From NCBI GenBank assembly GCA_045863855.1, contig BTVV01000001.1, positions 32,001 through 96,000 on the forward strand: a stretch of DNA of 64,000 nt, read 5' to 3'. This stretch comes from Planctomycetota bacterium. GTDB lineage: Bacteria > Planctomycetota > SZUA-567 > H5-PLA8. Positions 46,280 to 56,895 of this stretch are shown piece by piece (within the stretch, counting starts at the first letter, position 1; every line of letters starts with the position of its first letter). The notes under the pieces are model-generated. The model saw only the letters and a program-made list of their open reading frames with translations. It ran no database searches and was not told the DNA's origin. The translations under genes were made by a program, and so were the position numbers.

Positions 46280-49200
46280 CTACGGCTTCGTCTTCTTCGC
46301 TTCGCGCTGGATCCGTTCGTGGGCGGCGAGCACGTCCGGGTTCTGGCGGAAGTGCGTGTAGGCCGATTCGATGGTTTCGAGCGCTGCTTTGGTTTGGCCG
46401 GCGGCGAGGAGCGCGTCGGCGAGGGCGATGGTGATTTGGGGGTCCTGTCCGGCGGCGAGCTCCTGGGCTTTGCGCGCGGCGGCGACGGCCTTCGCGGGAT
46501 CGAACCACGCGGCGGCGGGATCGGCGCTGAGGAGTCGCACGAGCAGGAGGCGTATGTCCTGGCGGTCGGGTTTCTTGTCCAGGTAGGCGGCGTAGGCGTC
46601 GATGGCCTGCTGCATCTGGCCCGCAGCGCGGAGGGCGTCGGCGAGTCCGCGCCAAGCTTCGACGTAAGCCGGGGCGCGCTGCTGCAGCGCGCGGAAATCT
46701 TCGACGGCGGCTGCGTGCTGCCCGGCGCGGAGCCGCGATTCGGCGCGGAGGGTCAGGGCTTCGAGCGCCTGGGGGTCGAGGGCGCAGGCTTGGGCGGCGT
46801 CTTCGGCGGCTTCGGCGTGCTTATCCAGCGCCGCGTGGGCGCGCGCGCGGAGCAACCACGCTTCGCTCAGTTTGGGGTCCAGGCGGAGGGCTTCGCCGAA
46901 GGCATCGCTGGCGCTGGCCCAGTCGTTCAGCGCGAGCATGGCGCGGCCGCGCACGAGCCGCAGGCGCGCGTTTTCGGGATCCTGTTTCTGCGCGCGGTCC
47001 AGATCCTTCAGCGCTTCGCGGGGCTGGCCGAGTTCCACGGCGAGCTCGGCGTTCAGGCCCAGCGCCTTCGCGTGCTCGGGATCCAACCGCAGGACCTGGG
47101 TGAGGTCGGCGGCGGCTTCCTTGGGCTGCCCCCTGCTTCGCGCGAGGCGCGCGCGGTCGTACCAGACTTCGGTGAGGTTGCCGTTGTGCCGCAGCGCCTG
47201 GGTGAAGTGATGATGCGCGCGTTCGGGGTCTTCGAGTCCGCAGCCGGGAAATTCGAGTCCGGCGTAGATGGTGCCGGCGATCCAGTGGGCTTCCCAGAGG
47301 AAATCGGCGAGCTGGATCGCTCGCTGCGCGGAGGCGAGAGCCTGTTTGGCCGTCTCTTTGCGAGCGTCGTCCGGTGCGGCATCTTCGGCCAGGCGCCGTC
47401 CGGTGAGTACGGCGGCGAGGGCTCGGCCCAGGAGGCTGTACGCATTGCGCGGATCGACGTCGGCGGCTTTCTGGTAGTAATCGCGGGCGAGGCCGGTGTC
47501 GTAGAGCAAGCGCCAGGCGATATCGCCGCAGTTGAGTAGCGCGCGGGGGTCGCCGCGCGGAGCGAGCTTGTCGGCGGTCTCGAAGGCGATGATCGCTTCC
47601 TTGGCGTCTTCGTTGCTGCCGAGCATGCGGTGGGCTTCGCCGGAAAGGTAGTAGGCGCGCGCGACGACCGGCGAGTGCGGCGGGAGGTTGCCCAGTGCGT
47701 ACTTGAGTTTCTCGAGGGCCACGGCGGGGAGGTTGCGCGCGAGGAGTTCTTCGGCGTCGGTCAGTTGCGGATAGGTCTGGGCGAGTAGCCGCGCTTCCTC
47801 GACGGTGCGCGCTTCGGCCAGGAGCTTGTCTCGTTCGGCCTGGACCTTGGCGGCTTCGGCTTCTCCGCGCTTGCGTTCGGCTTCCAGGGCTTTGGATTCT
47901 TCTGCGCGCAGGCGCTGGACGGCGGCTTCGCGCGCTTCGGCTTCGACGGCGCGTTCGGTGGCGAGGGCTTGCATCCACCAGAGGGCGGTGGCGGCGCCGA
48001 GCGAGATGGTCACGGCGGCGGCGGCGGCGGTGGCGATCAGCGCGCCGTGACGCCGGACGATGCGCGCGGCTCGGTCGAGGAGCGTGTCGCGGCGCGCGCT
48101 GACGGGCTTGTCGTCGAGCACCGCGCGTACGTCCTGCAAAAGCGCCAGGGCGCTGGGGTAGCGTTCGGCGGGGTCGAGGGCCAGGGCTTTCATGACCACG
48201 GCTTTGAGAGGCGCGCCGACTTTGGGGCGCGCGCCGCCGGGCTTGGGCCAGGTCACGGGCTCGGTGGCGATCTTGCGCATCAGGGTGCGCGTGTCGGCTT
48301 CGAGGTGCGGGGGGCGGTAGTTGAGGATCTCGAAGAGGATCACGCCAAGGCTGTAGACGTCGCTGCGCGGCGAGAGGGCCGAGGTTTCGCCGGCGGCCTG
48401 TTCGGGGGCCATGTATTCGGGCGTGCCGGCCACCATACCCGCCGCGGATTCGAGTTCGCGGTCGCGGACGGTCTTGACGCCATCGGCGGTGGAGCGGACG
48501 CGCTTGGGCGGCGTATCGGGCGCGAAGCTCAGGAGCCCCGCCGTTTTCGTCGCCGGGGCGTGGAGCAGCTTGGCGAGGCCCCAGTCCATGACCTGCACTT
48601 CGCCGAAGTCGCCGATCATCACGTTGGAGGGTTTGAGGTCGCGGTGCAGGACGCCGCGCGCGTGGGCGAAGGCCACGGCCTGGCAGATCTCGCAGAAGAT
48701 ACGCAGCAAGCGCGAGAGCGGATACTCGCGCTGCGTGCGCGCTTCGCTCTTGCGCAGGTCCATCAGGATGTCGGAGAGCGCGCGCCCGCGGACGAGCTTC
48801 ATGACGAAGTACGGCCGGCCGCGTTCGTCGGCGCCGATCTCGTGGATCGGGACGATGTTGGGATGTTCGAGCTGGCCGGTGACCTGAGCTTCGGCGACGA
48901 AGCGCAGGCCTTCGCCTTCGGTGGGGAGGGCGGTGCGGATCAGCTTGAGGGCGACTTCGCGGTCGAGATCGACCTGGCGCGCTTTGTAGACGACACCCAT
49001 GCCGCCGCGTCCAATCTCTTCGAGGAGTTCGTAATGCTTGATGCGGCGGGGGAGCGCTTCGTGTTCCGGGCCCTTGGGGGCGGGCCGCTTGCGCGGATCG
49101 CCGGGCGTGGCTTCGGTTTCGTGGGCGCGTTCGACGAGTTTTGCGGCGAGGGCGCCGGGAATCAGCATCTGGCAGTGCGCGCAGACCGATTCCACCTGCG

Positions 49201-49330
49201 CCTCCAGCGTGAGCGGCTGGCGGCACTCCGGGCAAGCCACGGTGGCACGCATAAGCTGCGGCGTAACGCGCTCCCCAGCCCCGGCCGGCGCCTCCGCCGG
49301 AGGCTGCGTCAGTAAGCCCCGTCGAACCAT
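46280..49330 (-). CDS. Ser/Thr protein kinase with TM helix and TPR array
   Basis: GRGGMGVVY, HRDLKPSN, DWGLAK, GTPEYMAPE; TPR repeats; start uncertain. Confidence 0.95.
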   Translation of the reverse strand: MVRRGLLTQPPAEAPAGAGERVTPQLMRATVACPECRQPLTLEAQVESVCAHCQMLIPGALAAKLVERAHETEATPGDPRKRPAPKGPEHEALPRRIKHYELLEEIGRGGMGVVYKARQVDLDREVALKLIRTALPTEGEGLRFVAEAQVTGQLEHPNIVPIHEIGADERGRPYFVMKLVRGRALSDILMDLRKSEARTQREYPLSRLLRIFCEICQAVAFAHARGVLHRDLKPSNVMIGDFGEVQVMDWGLAKLLHAPATKTAGLLSFAPDTPPKRVRSTADGVKTVRDRELESAAGMVAGTPEYMAPEQAAGETSALSPRSDVYSLGVILFEILNYRPPHLEADTRTLMRKIATEPVTWPKPGGARPKVGAPLKAVVMKALALDPAERYPSALALLQDVRAVLDDKPVSARRDTLLDRAARIVRRHGALIATAAAAAVTISLGAATALWWMQALATERAVEAEAREAAVQRLRAEESKALEAERKRGEAEAAKVQAERDKLLAEARTVEEARLLAQTYPQLTDAEELLARNLPAVALEKLKYALGNLPPHSPVVARAYYLSGEAHRMLGSNEDAKEAIIAFETADKLAPRGDPRALLNCGDIAWRLLYDTGLARDYYQKAADVDPRNAYSLLGRALAAVLTGRRLAEDAAPDDARKETAKQALASAQRAIQLADFLWEAHWIAGTIYAGLEFPGCGLEDPERAHHHFTQALRHNGNLTEVWYDRARLARSRGQPKEAAADLTQVLRLDPEHAKALGLNAELAVELGQPREALKDLDRAQKQDPENARLRLVRGRAMLALNDWASASDAFGEALRLDPKLSEAWLLRARAHAALDKHAEAAEDAAQACALDPQALEALTLRAESRLRAGQHAAAVEDFRALQQRAPAYVEAWRGLADALRAAGQMQQAIDAYAAYLDKKPDRQDIRLLLVRLLSADPAAAWFDPAKAVAAARKAQELAAGQDPQITIALADALLAAGQTKAALETIESAYTHFRQNPDVLAAHERIQREAKKTKP

Positions 49331-49569
49331 AGCCGCCGCTCACCACCATTAAGGAGACGCGTACGGAGCCCTAACGGACTCCAGACCCGCGCCTATAATG
49401 GGCGAGCCGCACGCCCGCGGCCTTAGAACCAATCGTAAGTGTATGTCAGATCAAGAGAAAGGCAATCCGATAGGTCCGTTGGGAATGGCGGGTGAGCGGG
49501 GTACGAGGTGCGTGATAGGATGCCTTCAAGCGGCGCGGGGCGCGCCGGACCGGGGAGCGACGAGCGAGC

Positions 49570-50139
49570 GTGGGCGCAGCGCAGGCGGAGATATACGTCA
49601 GCACCGACGTCGAGACGGACGGCCCGATCCCGGGACCGTACTCGATGCTGAGCGTGGGGTCGGCGGCGTACGATGCCGCGGGGACGCTGTTGGGGACGTT
49701 CAGCGCGAACCTGGAGACGCTGCCCGGGGCGGGGGCCGACGCGGATACGGCGGCGTGGTGGCGGAAGTTTCCCGAGGCGTGGGCGGCGTGCCGCTCCGAT
49801 TTGCAGAAGCCCGAGGCCGCGCTGCCCGCGTACGCGGCGTGGCTGAAGGCGCTGCCGGGGAAGCCGGTCTTCGTGGCGTATCCGGCGGCGTTCGATTTCA
49901 TGTTCGTGTACTGGTACCTGATCCGCTTCGCGGGGGAGAGCCCGTTCAGCTTCGCGGCGCTGGACATGAAGACGCTGGCGATGGCGGCGCTGGATACGCC
50001 GTTCCACGAGACGAGCAAGCGGACGATGCCGAAAGATTGGTTCGGTCCGAGCAAGCACAGCCATATCGCACTGGAGGACGCGCTGGAGCAGGGGGAGTTG
50101 TTTTTCAGGATGCGGGAGGCGGCGCGGAGGAAGGCGTGA
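49570..50139 (+). CDS. DEDDh 3'-5' exonuclease
   Basis: DVETDGP, FD, HIALEDA. Confidence 0.88.
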   Translation: MGAAQAEIYVSTDVETDGPIPGPYSMLSVGSAAYDAAGTLLGTFSANLETLPGAGADADTAAWWRKFPEAWAACRSDLQKPEAALPAYAAWLKALPGKPVFVAYPAAFDFMFVYWYLIRFAGESPFSFAALDMKTLAMAALDTPFHETSKRTMPKDWFGPSKHSHIALEDALEQGELFFRMREAARRKA

Positions 50140-50247
50140 GGCGTAATGACCGGCTCGTTTCCTGTAGCGCTATTCCGAATTCCACGTCACCTGTCGCTTA
50201 CGCGTTCACCGTTGACTCCTGCGGATGACTCTTTACTTTTGCTCACC

Positions 50248-51153
50248 ATGCAACGCATCCCGAAAGACCTTCTCTACTTCGAAACCGGCCCGGACAACCC
50301 GGTCACGCATCGGGTAAAGCTGGGCGAGGCGTTCGAGGTCCAGACGCAGATCAACCGCGGGCCGTGGATCGAGACGCTGCCCGAGGCCGAGCGCGCGCAC
50401 TGGCGCGAGAAGCTCTACGGCGGAAACCCGTCGAGCGGGTGCGTGTACGTCGAGGGCGTGAAGGCGGGGGATCTGTTGAAGGTCGAGATCGGGCCGATCG
50501 AGCTGGACCCGGTGGCGTACACGCGCTTCGGCGGGCAGAACGGCGCGATGCCGGGCTGGCTGGACGTCGGCGCGCACGAGAAGCTGGTCGAGGTGAAGGA
50601 CGGGAAGATCCGCTGGAGCGAGTCGCTGACGCTGGACGCGCGGCCGATGCTGGGCTTCGTGGGGGTTTCGCCCGAGCGCGAGCGCTTCCACAACGGCTGG
50701 GGCGGGACGTGGGGCGGGAACCTCGACGCGCAGGAAGTGACGAGCGGCTGCACGCTGATGCTAAAGGCGAACCTCGACGGCGCGCACCTGCACGTGGGCG
50801 ATATGCACGCGCTGCAAGGCGACGGGGAGATCTGCGGCGCCGGCGGTTTGGAAGCCTCGGGGCGCGTGCGGCTCGTCTGCCGGGCCGCTTCGCCGGCTCC
50901 GGCGGCCATGCGCTGGCCGCGCTTCGAGGACGCGACGCACATCGGCGTGATTACGAATACGCGCCCGGCCGAAGACGCGTTTCGCGCGGCGCTCGTCGAG
51001 TTGCTCCAGTGGCTCGAGGCGGACTATAAGCTCCCGCGCGGCGAGGCGTACATGCTGCTGGGGCAGGTGCTGGAAGCGCGCGTGACGCAGTTCGTGAATC
51101 CGACGTTTACGTACGTGGCGAAGGTGGCGAAGCGGTATTTGGGCGGGACGTAG
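50248..51153 (+). CDS. Acetamidase/formamidase family protein
   Basis: GGNLD, GDMHALQGDGEICG. Confidence 0.9.
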   Translation: MQRIPKDLLYFETGPDNPVTHRVKLGEAFEVQTQINRGPWIETLPEAERAHWREKLYGGNPSSGCVYVEGVKAGDLLKVEIGPIELDPVAYTRFGGQNGAMPGWLDVGAHEKLVEVKDGKIRWSESLTLDARPMLGFVGVSPERERFHNGWGGTWGGNLDAQEVTSGCTLMLKANLDGAHLHVGDMHALQGDGEICGAGGLEASGRVRLVCRAASPAPAAMRWPRFEDATHIGVITNTRPAEDAFRAALVELLQWLEADYKLPRGEAYMLLGQVLEARVTQFVNPTFTYVAKVAKRYLGGT

Positions 51154-51237
51154 GCGTTCGAAATTCGAATTCGAATTCAAAAGTAAAAAGTAAACAGCAG
51201 GGCGGCGGCTGCGCTTTTTATATTCCGCTTCTTTACC

Positions 51238-52464
51238 TCAAAATTCATCGGGAGCGGTGGCGGGGCGTTCGGGCTTGGCGTTCGGCTCGAGTGCTTCGAA
51301 AAAGGGGCGGTCTTGCGGCAGCTTGCGCAGGGCGGCGGCGACATCGCGGGCTTTGGCGGCTTGATCGGGGCCGGCCTTTTCGGCCCAGGCATCGAGCGCC
51401 GCGGCCAGTTGGGCGTGCCCGCCGTCGTGCAGGTACCACGCGGGACGGCTCAGGGCGTCCAGATCGGCGACGGCGACGTCCGCCGGTAGGGCCGCGAGCA
51501 TGGCCAGCAGCACCTTCAGCGGTCCGGCTTGTGGTTTCGCGCCGGCGGCCTGCGGATCGTGCGGCAACCAGACGCGCGGCGTACCGCGTTCGAGCAGCGC
51601 GAGGCGGTTGCGAAACGGGAATTGGGGATCGAGCAGCAAGGCCGGCACGGCGGCATCTTGGAGCTTCAGATCGGGCGCCAGGATGGCGGCGGCGGCCTCG
51701 ATGCGCGCGCGGTGGATTCCTTCGGGCGTCGCGCCGCGGGCGTGCATGAAGACGGGGAACGGCAGGCCGGGTGCATCGGGCTGCGCGGGCCAGGCTTCGG
51801 CGAGGATCGCGCGGGCGCGGGCTTGTCCGGCCGGCGGATCGAGTTCGGCGCGGAGTTTGAGCGCGTGGGTGAAGAGCTTGAGGCGCTGGGCGTTGGCGTT
51901 GGGTTCCTGCAGCGAGAAGACCATGCGCCCGCCGGCCGGCGGCGGCGCGGGCGGCTGGTGCTTCACGACGTACAGATCGTCGAGGCTCCAGGCGGCGTAA
52001 CGCGCAAGTCGTTCGCGCGCCGGCGCGTCGCCGAGTCGGGCGAGGATTTCCAACGCGTGCGCGTGGCGCGCGGCGGCCGTCGCATCCCAGACGTCTTCGG
52101 GCTTGGCGGCGGGCAGGGGCTGGTCGAGCGCTGCTGCGGCGGCGAGCGCTTCGCGCGCCGCGGCATGTCCGGCCCGCGCCCGCGCGCCGAGGGTCCACAT
52201 TTCGAGTTTCGCGCGCGTTTCGGGCGGAAGCTGCGCCAGCGCCGCGGCCAACTGCGCGCGATCCACGGCGCGCTCGAACGATTCGCCGGTGAGTCCCGCC
52301 GCGTCGAAGCCTTGCACGGGCAGATCGATCAACTTCCAATCGCCGGAGAGTCCCTGCGCGAGCGCGGCTTCGAGTTCGTCGAGCTGCGCGCGGGTCGCTT
52401 CTTCGCTGGCGTGCAGCGGAAGCGCGAGCAGGAGGCTCAGGGTCAGGATCGCGGCGGTGCGCAT
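51238..52464 (-). CDS. Secreted hypothetical protein
   Basis: Signal peptide MRTAAILTLSLLLALPLHA; Ala-rich helical body. Confidence 0.7.
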   Translation of the reverse strand: MRTAAILTLSLLLALPLHASEEATRAQLDELEAALAQGLSGDWKLIDLPVQGFDAAGLTGESFERAVDRAQLAAALAQLPPETRAKLEMWTLGARARAGHAAAREALAAAAALDQPLPAAKPEDVWDATAAARHAHALEILARLGDAPARERLARYAAWSLDDLYVVKHQPPAPPPAGGRMVFSLQEPNANAQRLKLFTHALKLRAELDPPAGQARARAILAEAWPAQPDAPGLPFPVFMHARGATPEGIHRARIEAAAAILAPDLKLQDAAVPALLLDPQFPFRNRLALLERGTPRVWLPHDPQAAGAKPQAGPLKVLLAMLAALPADVAVADLDALSRPAWYLHDGGHAQLAAALDAWAEKAGPDQAAKARDVAAALRKLPQDRPFFEALEPNAKPERPATAPDEF

Positions 52465-52662
52465 GGCGGTGGCTCCGGTGCAGGCGGGTCGGCTTTGGAT
52501 GCTGGAATTCGGATGGGAAGGCATGCGCTGACGCCGAACGAAGGCGTTCGAGGCCCAGGACGCGAACGGAAGCGCGAAGAAGATCGGCATGGTTTCCTCG
52601 CGCTCCCGTTTTCGATCCTGACCGTAGTTGGAATGAGCTGCCGGACCACTCCCAGGCGCGCA

Positions 52663-54123
52663 TCAGCGGCGCGGGGCAGCGCCTTGCGTCACGGGACCGG
52701 GTTGCGGCGCCGGCGCGGGGTTCGCCGCGGCTTCCGGCGCTCTATTGGGATCGGGGACGGGCGCAGTGGTCACGACGGTCTGCGCGCCGCTGCTGACCTC
52801 GACGCGGACGGCTTCGGTGGAGGTGACGACGGCCGAGGCGCCGACCCATTGAGCGTTGACGTTGGGGAGGAACGGGAGCGGGTCACCGGCATCGAGCTGG
52901 ATCTGAAAGGCTCGGACGGGCGCCTCGGAAGACGGATCGCCCTTGATGAAATCGACGGTCTGGAGCGCGCCCAAGGTGGATTCGAGCACTTTGCGTAAAT
53001 CGTCGCGCGGTTCGGTCTGCGCGCGATGGGCGCGAATCCGAGCGAGTATGGCTTCGACGGATTTCGCGGGCGCTGCGGCCTGCGCGGGCTCCGGGTTCGG
53101 GGCGTCGGCGGCGTGGGAGGCTTGCACGGCGAAGACGGCGGCGGCGAGGGCCAGCGCGGTAAGACGTTGACCGGAAGGCATGGCGATGCTCCTTTCGAGC
53201 GGGGGTGCGGGCGGCGGTGCGCGTTCCGGAACAGGGCCGGAAGGCGCGGACGATACGGGTTGCCGCGGGTCGAGGACGGGTTCGGGCGCGGCGGCGCGAA
53301 CGGTTCGGTTTCGATACTCGGCGGGCGCGTAGAGTGCCAGAGGCAGCGCGGCTGCGGCGAGGAGCACGCAGGCGGCGAGCATCGGGGCGCTTAGCTTCGC
53401 GGCGGCGGGTTGGAGCGGGTCGCGCGGGACGTGCTCGCGCGGGACGGGCGACAGTTCGCGGCAAGGCGCACCGGGCAGCGCCGCGTCGAGCCGGACGGCC
53501 AAGGCCGCGGAAGCGGCGGGCGGGGCCTGCGCGGCGAGCTCCGCGGCGATGCCGGATACGGCGAGCGTGACGCCGGCGCGGTTGAGCTCGGCGCGGAGGC
53601 GTTCGAGCGCTCGGCGCAGCCGGCCGTGGAGCGTCTGGCGCGGGAGATCCAGCGTCTCGGCGGCTTCGTGCAGGCGCAAACCTTCGAGGTAGCAGAGGAC
53701 CACGGGCAGGCGCAGCTCGTCGGGCAAATCGTCCACGGCGGCGCGGAGGCGTTCGCGCGTCTGGGCGTCCGGCGGCGCGTGCATGGGGTCTCCTCCGGAA
53801 AGCGCGTCGCCGTTTGCGTGGCGCAGCGCCAGATGGCGGCGTTCGGCGCGGCGTTGTCCGCGCAGCGCGTTGAGGCTGCATTGGAGCGTGGCGCGGTAGA
53901 GCGCCACGCGAAACGCGGCGAGGGATTCGAAGCCGGCCGTCCGCGACATGAGCTTGAGGCACGCTTCCTGGACGGCGTCTTCGGCGGCCGCGCCTTCGTG
54001 GAGCACGCGGTACGCGACGGCGTACGCGCGTTCGCGGTGCAGCTTGAGCAGTTCGCCCAAGGCCGCGCCGTCGCGAGCGTGACGCCAGCGTTCCAAACGG
54101 TCGACGAGATCGGCTTCCGTCAT
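52663..54123 (-). CDS. ECF sigma factor with long C-terminal extension
   Basis: AEDAVQEA region 2; LPDELRLPVVLCYLEG..EAAETL region 4; TM helix and tail. Confidence 0.88.
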   Translation of the reverse strand: MTEADLVDRLERWRHARDGAALGELLKLHRERAYAVAYRVLHEGAAAEDAVQEACLKLMSRTAGFESLAAFRVALYRATLQCSLNALRGQRRAERRHLALRHANGDALSGGDPMHAPPDAQTRERLRAAVDDLPDELRLPVVLCYLEGLRLHEAAETLDLPRQTLHGRLRRALERLRAELNRAGVTLAVSGIAAELAAQAPPAASAALAVRLDAALPGAPCRELSPVPREHVPRDPLQPAAAKLSAPMLAACVLLAAAALPLALYAPAEYRNRTVRAAAPEPVLDPRQPVSSAPSGPVPERAPPPAPPLERSIAMPSGQRLTALALAAAVFAVQASHAADAPNPEPAQAAAPAKSVEAILARIRAHRAQTEPRDDLRKVLESTLGALQTVDFIKGDPSSEAPVRAFQIQLDAGDPLPFLPNVNAQWVGASAVVTSTEAVRVEVSSGAQTVVTTAPVPDPNRAPEAAANPAPAPQPGPVTQGAAPRR

Positions 54124-54443
54124 GGCAGTCTCCGGATGCACACGCCCCACGGGATAGGGATAGGACGGCGAAAAAGGCGAAAAACCGAGCCTAAAGTTCG
54201 CTGCGCAGCGTGCATACCGGGGCCGCTGGGGGTTCCGGCGCCGAAGGGCGGGAGGATGCTCAGCGTGTCCCGCTTGAACCGGTGCGCCAGCGGCGGCCTG
54301 TCCGCCGGCGGACGCTTGCCCGGAAGCGGTGCAGCGGCAGCAAGCTGCCGCGGGCACACCAGCTTTCGAAGCGTGATTACCGACGACGGAAGAGCACGGG
54401 GTCAAAACCACGGGCTCGCGGCGTGTACGAAAACGCACTCGGC

Positions 54444-55325
54444 TTACGCTTCCGGAAAGTCGATCCGGGCGAAGAGGCCGCGGCTGGCCCAGTCCTGAAA
54501 CCACGCGCCGACGTTTGCGGCGAGGCGTTCGAGGTCGGTCTCGGGCCGGTCGGCGAGGATCTCGAGGGCTTCTTCGAGGGTCTGTCCGTCGCGGAGGGCG
54601 TTCAAGAGTGCGTAGCCTTCGCGATCGAGCTGCAAGCGGTAGACCGAGAATTCTTTGCGGTAGACGGCGACGAAATCGTGCTTCGGCGCGGGGACGGGCG
54701 GGCATTCGCCTTTGCGCACCGCGGCGATGTACTCGTGCGCGGGGTAGCCGCATTCGATCAGGCGCAGCGCCGGGATGGTCTGGACGCGCGCGCCGGCCCA
54801 GCGTTCGGGCGGCACGCCGAGCAGATCGTCAAGCTTGACGGGTTCGGCGCGCCGTTCGTCGAAGACTTCCTCCATCGCCCACTCGATGGCCGCGACGTCG
54901 GCCAGGAAGGCCGGTGCGGGCAACTCCAGATCGCCCGTCTCGTGGCGCAGGAAGCTGCTGAAAGGTATGCCCAGCTTGCCGAGACTCCAATGCTTCGACG
55001 GATGCCTATCGAGGTAGCGTTCGACGATTCCGCGGAAGAGGTCTTTTCCGACCGCGCATTCGACGGTGGGGAAGTCCATCTGCATGATCTCGAGGAGGCG
55101 CCAGAAGTAGGCGTTGGCGTAGACGTCGAGGCGTTCTTTGGCGGAGAGTCGTTTGGAGCGATCGACGACGCACTCGAGCTGTTCGAAGGGCACGTCGATA
55201 TGCTTGCGGGCGGCATCGGATTCGACGCCGGCTTCGACGCCCTTGGGATGGGCGACGACTTCGAACATCCAGCGCTGCAAGGCGCCGAGGTCGAAGGGTT
55301 CGGGGCGCGCGCCGGGGCGGCTCAT
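54444..55325 (-). CDS. DUF2063-type partner of a DUF692 enzyme (BufC/HvfC-like)
   Basis: [33 protein letters not shown] overlap with the upstream gene. Confidence 0.85.
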   Translation of the reverse strand: MSRPGARPEPFDLGALQRWMFEVVAHPKGVEAGVESDAARKHIDVPFEQLECVVDRSKRLSAKERLDVYANAYFWRLLEIMQMDFPTVECAVGKDLFRGIVERYLDRHPSKHWSLGKLGIPFSSFLRHETGDLELPAPAFLADVAAIEWAMEEVFDERRAEPVKLDDLLGVPPERWAGARVQTIPALRLIECGYPAHEYIAAVRKGECPPVPAPKHDFVAVYRKEFSVYRLQLDREGYALLNALRDGQTLEEALEILADRPETDLERLAANVGAWFQDWASRGLFARIDFPEA

Positions 55326-56176
55326 GAGTTCACCGCCACGTCCTTGCGGAAGCGTTCGGCGCGCAGCGCTTCGTTGTGGACATCCTGGAAGCTGGGAATC
55401 TTGTCGTCCCATTCGAGCAGCGTGGCGCGCCCGCCGGCGCGTTTCATCACGTCGGCGTAGAGCGCCCAGACGGGATCGATGACCGGGCCGTCGTGCGTAT
55501 CGATGCAGTGCGTGCCTTTGTCGGTGTGTCCGGCGAGGTGAATCTGGACGACGCGGTCGTAGGGGATGCCGTCGAGGAACGCCTGCGGGTCGCCATCGTG
55601 GTTCCGGCAGCTCACGTAGACGTTGTTCACGTCCAGCAGGAGCGCGCAATCGCTGAGTTCGCACAGCCGCGCGATGAATTCCTGTTCGGGCATGGTGGAG
55701 CTGGCGAAAGTGACGTAGGTGCTGGGATTTTCGAGCACCAGGGGGCGTTCGAGGATGTCCTGCACGATGCGGACGCGTTCGGCGACGTGCTCGAGGGAGC
55801 GCTCGTTGGTCGGTATGGGCAGCAGGTCGTGGCTGTTGAGCCCCGCGACGCCGGTCCAGCAGATGTGGTCGCCGACCCAGCGCGCGCCGATGCGGTCGGC
55901 GAGCTTCTTGAGGCGGGCGAGGTAATCGCGGTCGAGCGGATCGGTGCTGCCGATGGAGAGGCTGACGCCGTGCATGGCGATGGGGTAGCGTTCGGCGACC
56001 TGTTCGAGCACGTACAGGGGGCGGCCTTCGGTGTGCATGAAGTTTTCGGAGATGATCTCGAACCAGTCGACGGGCGGCTTCTGTTCGAGGATGTGCGAGA
56101 AGTGGAGCGTGCGCAGTCCGACGCCGATGCCAAGATCGGGCAGTTTCCAGCGGTTGGGAATCGGCATGCGTTTCAC
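55322..56176 (-). CDS. DUF692 multinuclear non-heme iron oxidative enzyme (BufB/HvfB-like)
   Basis: [50 protein letters not shown]. Confidence 0.95.
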   Translation of the reverse strand: MKRMPIPNRWKLPDLGIGVGLRTLHFSHILEQKPPVDWFEIISENFMHTEGRPLYVLEQVAERYPIAMHGVSLSIGSTDPLDRDYLARLKKLADRIGARWVGDHICWTGVAGLNSHDLLPIPTNERSLEHVAERVRIVQDILERPLVLENPSTYVTFASSTMPEQEFIARLCELSDCALLLDVNNVYVSCRNHDGDPQAFLDGIPYDRVVQIHLAGHTDKGTHCIDTHDGPVIDPVWALYADVMKRAGGRATLLEWDDKIPSFQDVHNEALRAERFRKDVAVNS

Positions 56177-56239
56177 CTTATTATTAATAAAGCAGGCGCG
56201 CCGGGTATGAATCCCGGCGCGCCCGATGCGGCGAACCGG

Positions 56240-56632
56240 TTACTTCTCGGTCTTCTTCACAGGCACGGCGCAGCCGCCCTTGCCCTTGCAGCTGTTCTTG
56301 CCGGCGCAACCCGCATCGCCGCTCTTGCAGCCGCCCTGGCCCTTACAGGCGTTGTGGCCCTTGCAGCCGTGTTTCTCGGCCGTGGCGCAGCCGCCCTTGC
56401 CTTTGCATTCGTTCTTGCCCTTACAGGCGTTGGCGTCGGTCTTGCAGCCGCCCTTGCCCTTACAGGCGTTGAGGCCCTTGCAGGCGTTCTTGGCCGCTTC
56501 TTCCTTCTTGGCCTCTTCTTCCGCCATCAGCGGGCGCGCCACGCCGGCTACCACGCCCAGCGCCGCCGCCGCCATCAGCCGCTTGCCGAATTCGCGGCGC
56601 GTCTGGCCGGACTGCTCCTTACGTTCCTGCAT
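56240..56632 (-). CDS. Cys-rich RiPP precursor (bufferin-like) with twin-arginine signal
   Basis: AGGAGG RBS; TRREF plus hydrophobic helix; four C-x5-C-x5-C repeats. Confidence 0.88.
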   Translation of the reverse strand: MQERKEQSGQTRREFGKRLMAAAALGVVAGVARPLMAEEEAKKEEAAKNACKGLNACKGKGGCKTDANACKGKNECKGKGGCATAEKHGCKGHNACKGQGGCKSGDAGCAGKNSCKGKGGCAVPVKKTEK

Positions 56633-56854
56633 CTGTCTCGCCTCCTATCGATAAGGCACCTCACGTTACGGCTGGCGCACACGCGCCGACCGGGTCTGGA
56701 CCCCGATCAAGCCGATACCGTGCTGACCCACAGACCTCAGATACCTGCTCTGATGTAATGGGGTGTGGTGACTATTCATTTCATTCTGCGGGCCGGAACG
56801 GGCACTGTCCAGTCTTTAGTTGCGCGCGGACGGCGCCGCGCCTCATTCCTAACC

Positions 56855-56882
56855 TAATTCCATAACTCCAGTTATGGAATTA
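56855..56882. promoter_or_regulatory. Perfect AT-rich inverted repeat (operator or terminator)
   Basis: TAATTCCATAACT-CC-AGTTATGGAATTA. Confidence 0.55.
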
Positions 56883-56895
56883 ATGAGGACGATGT

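Noticed and set aside
56720..56755. NiCo riboswitch (GAGCAGG and GTGGG.CAG words on the minus strand)
   Set aside because: The words are too close together to form the four-way junction
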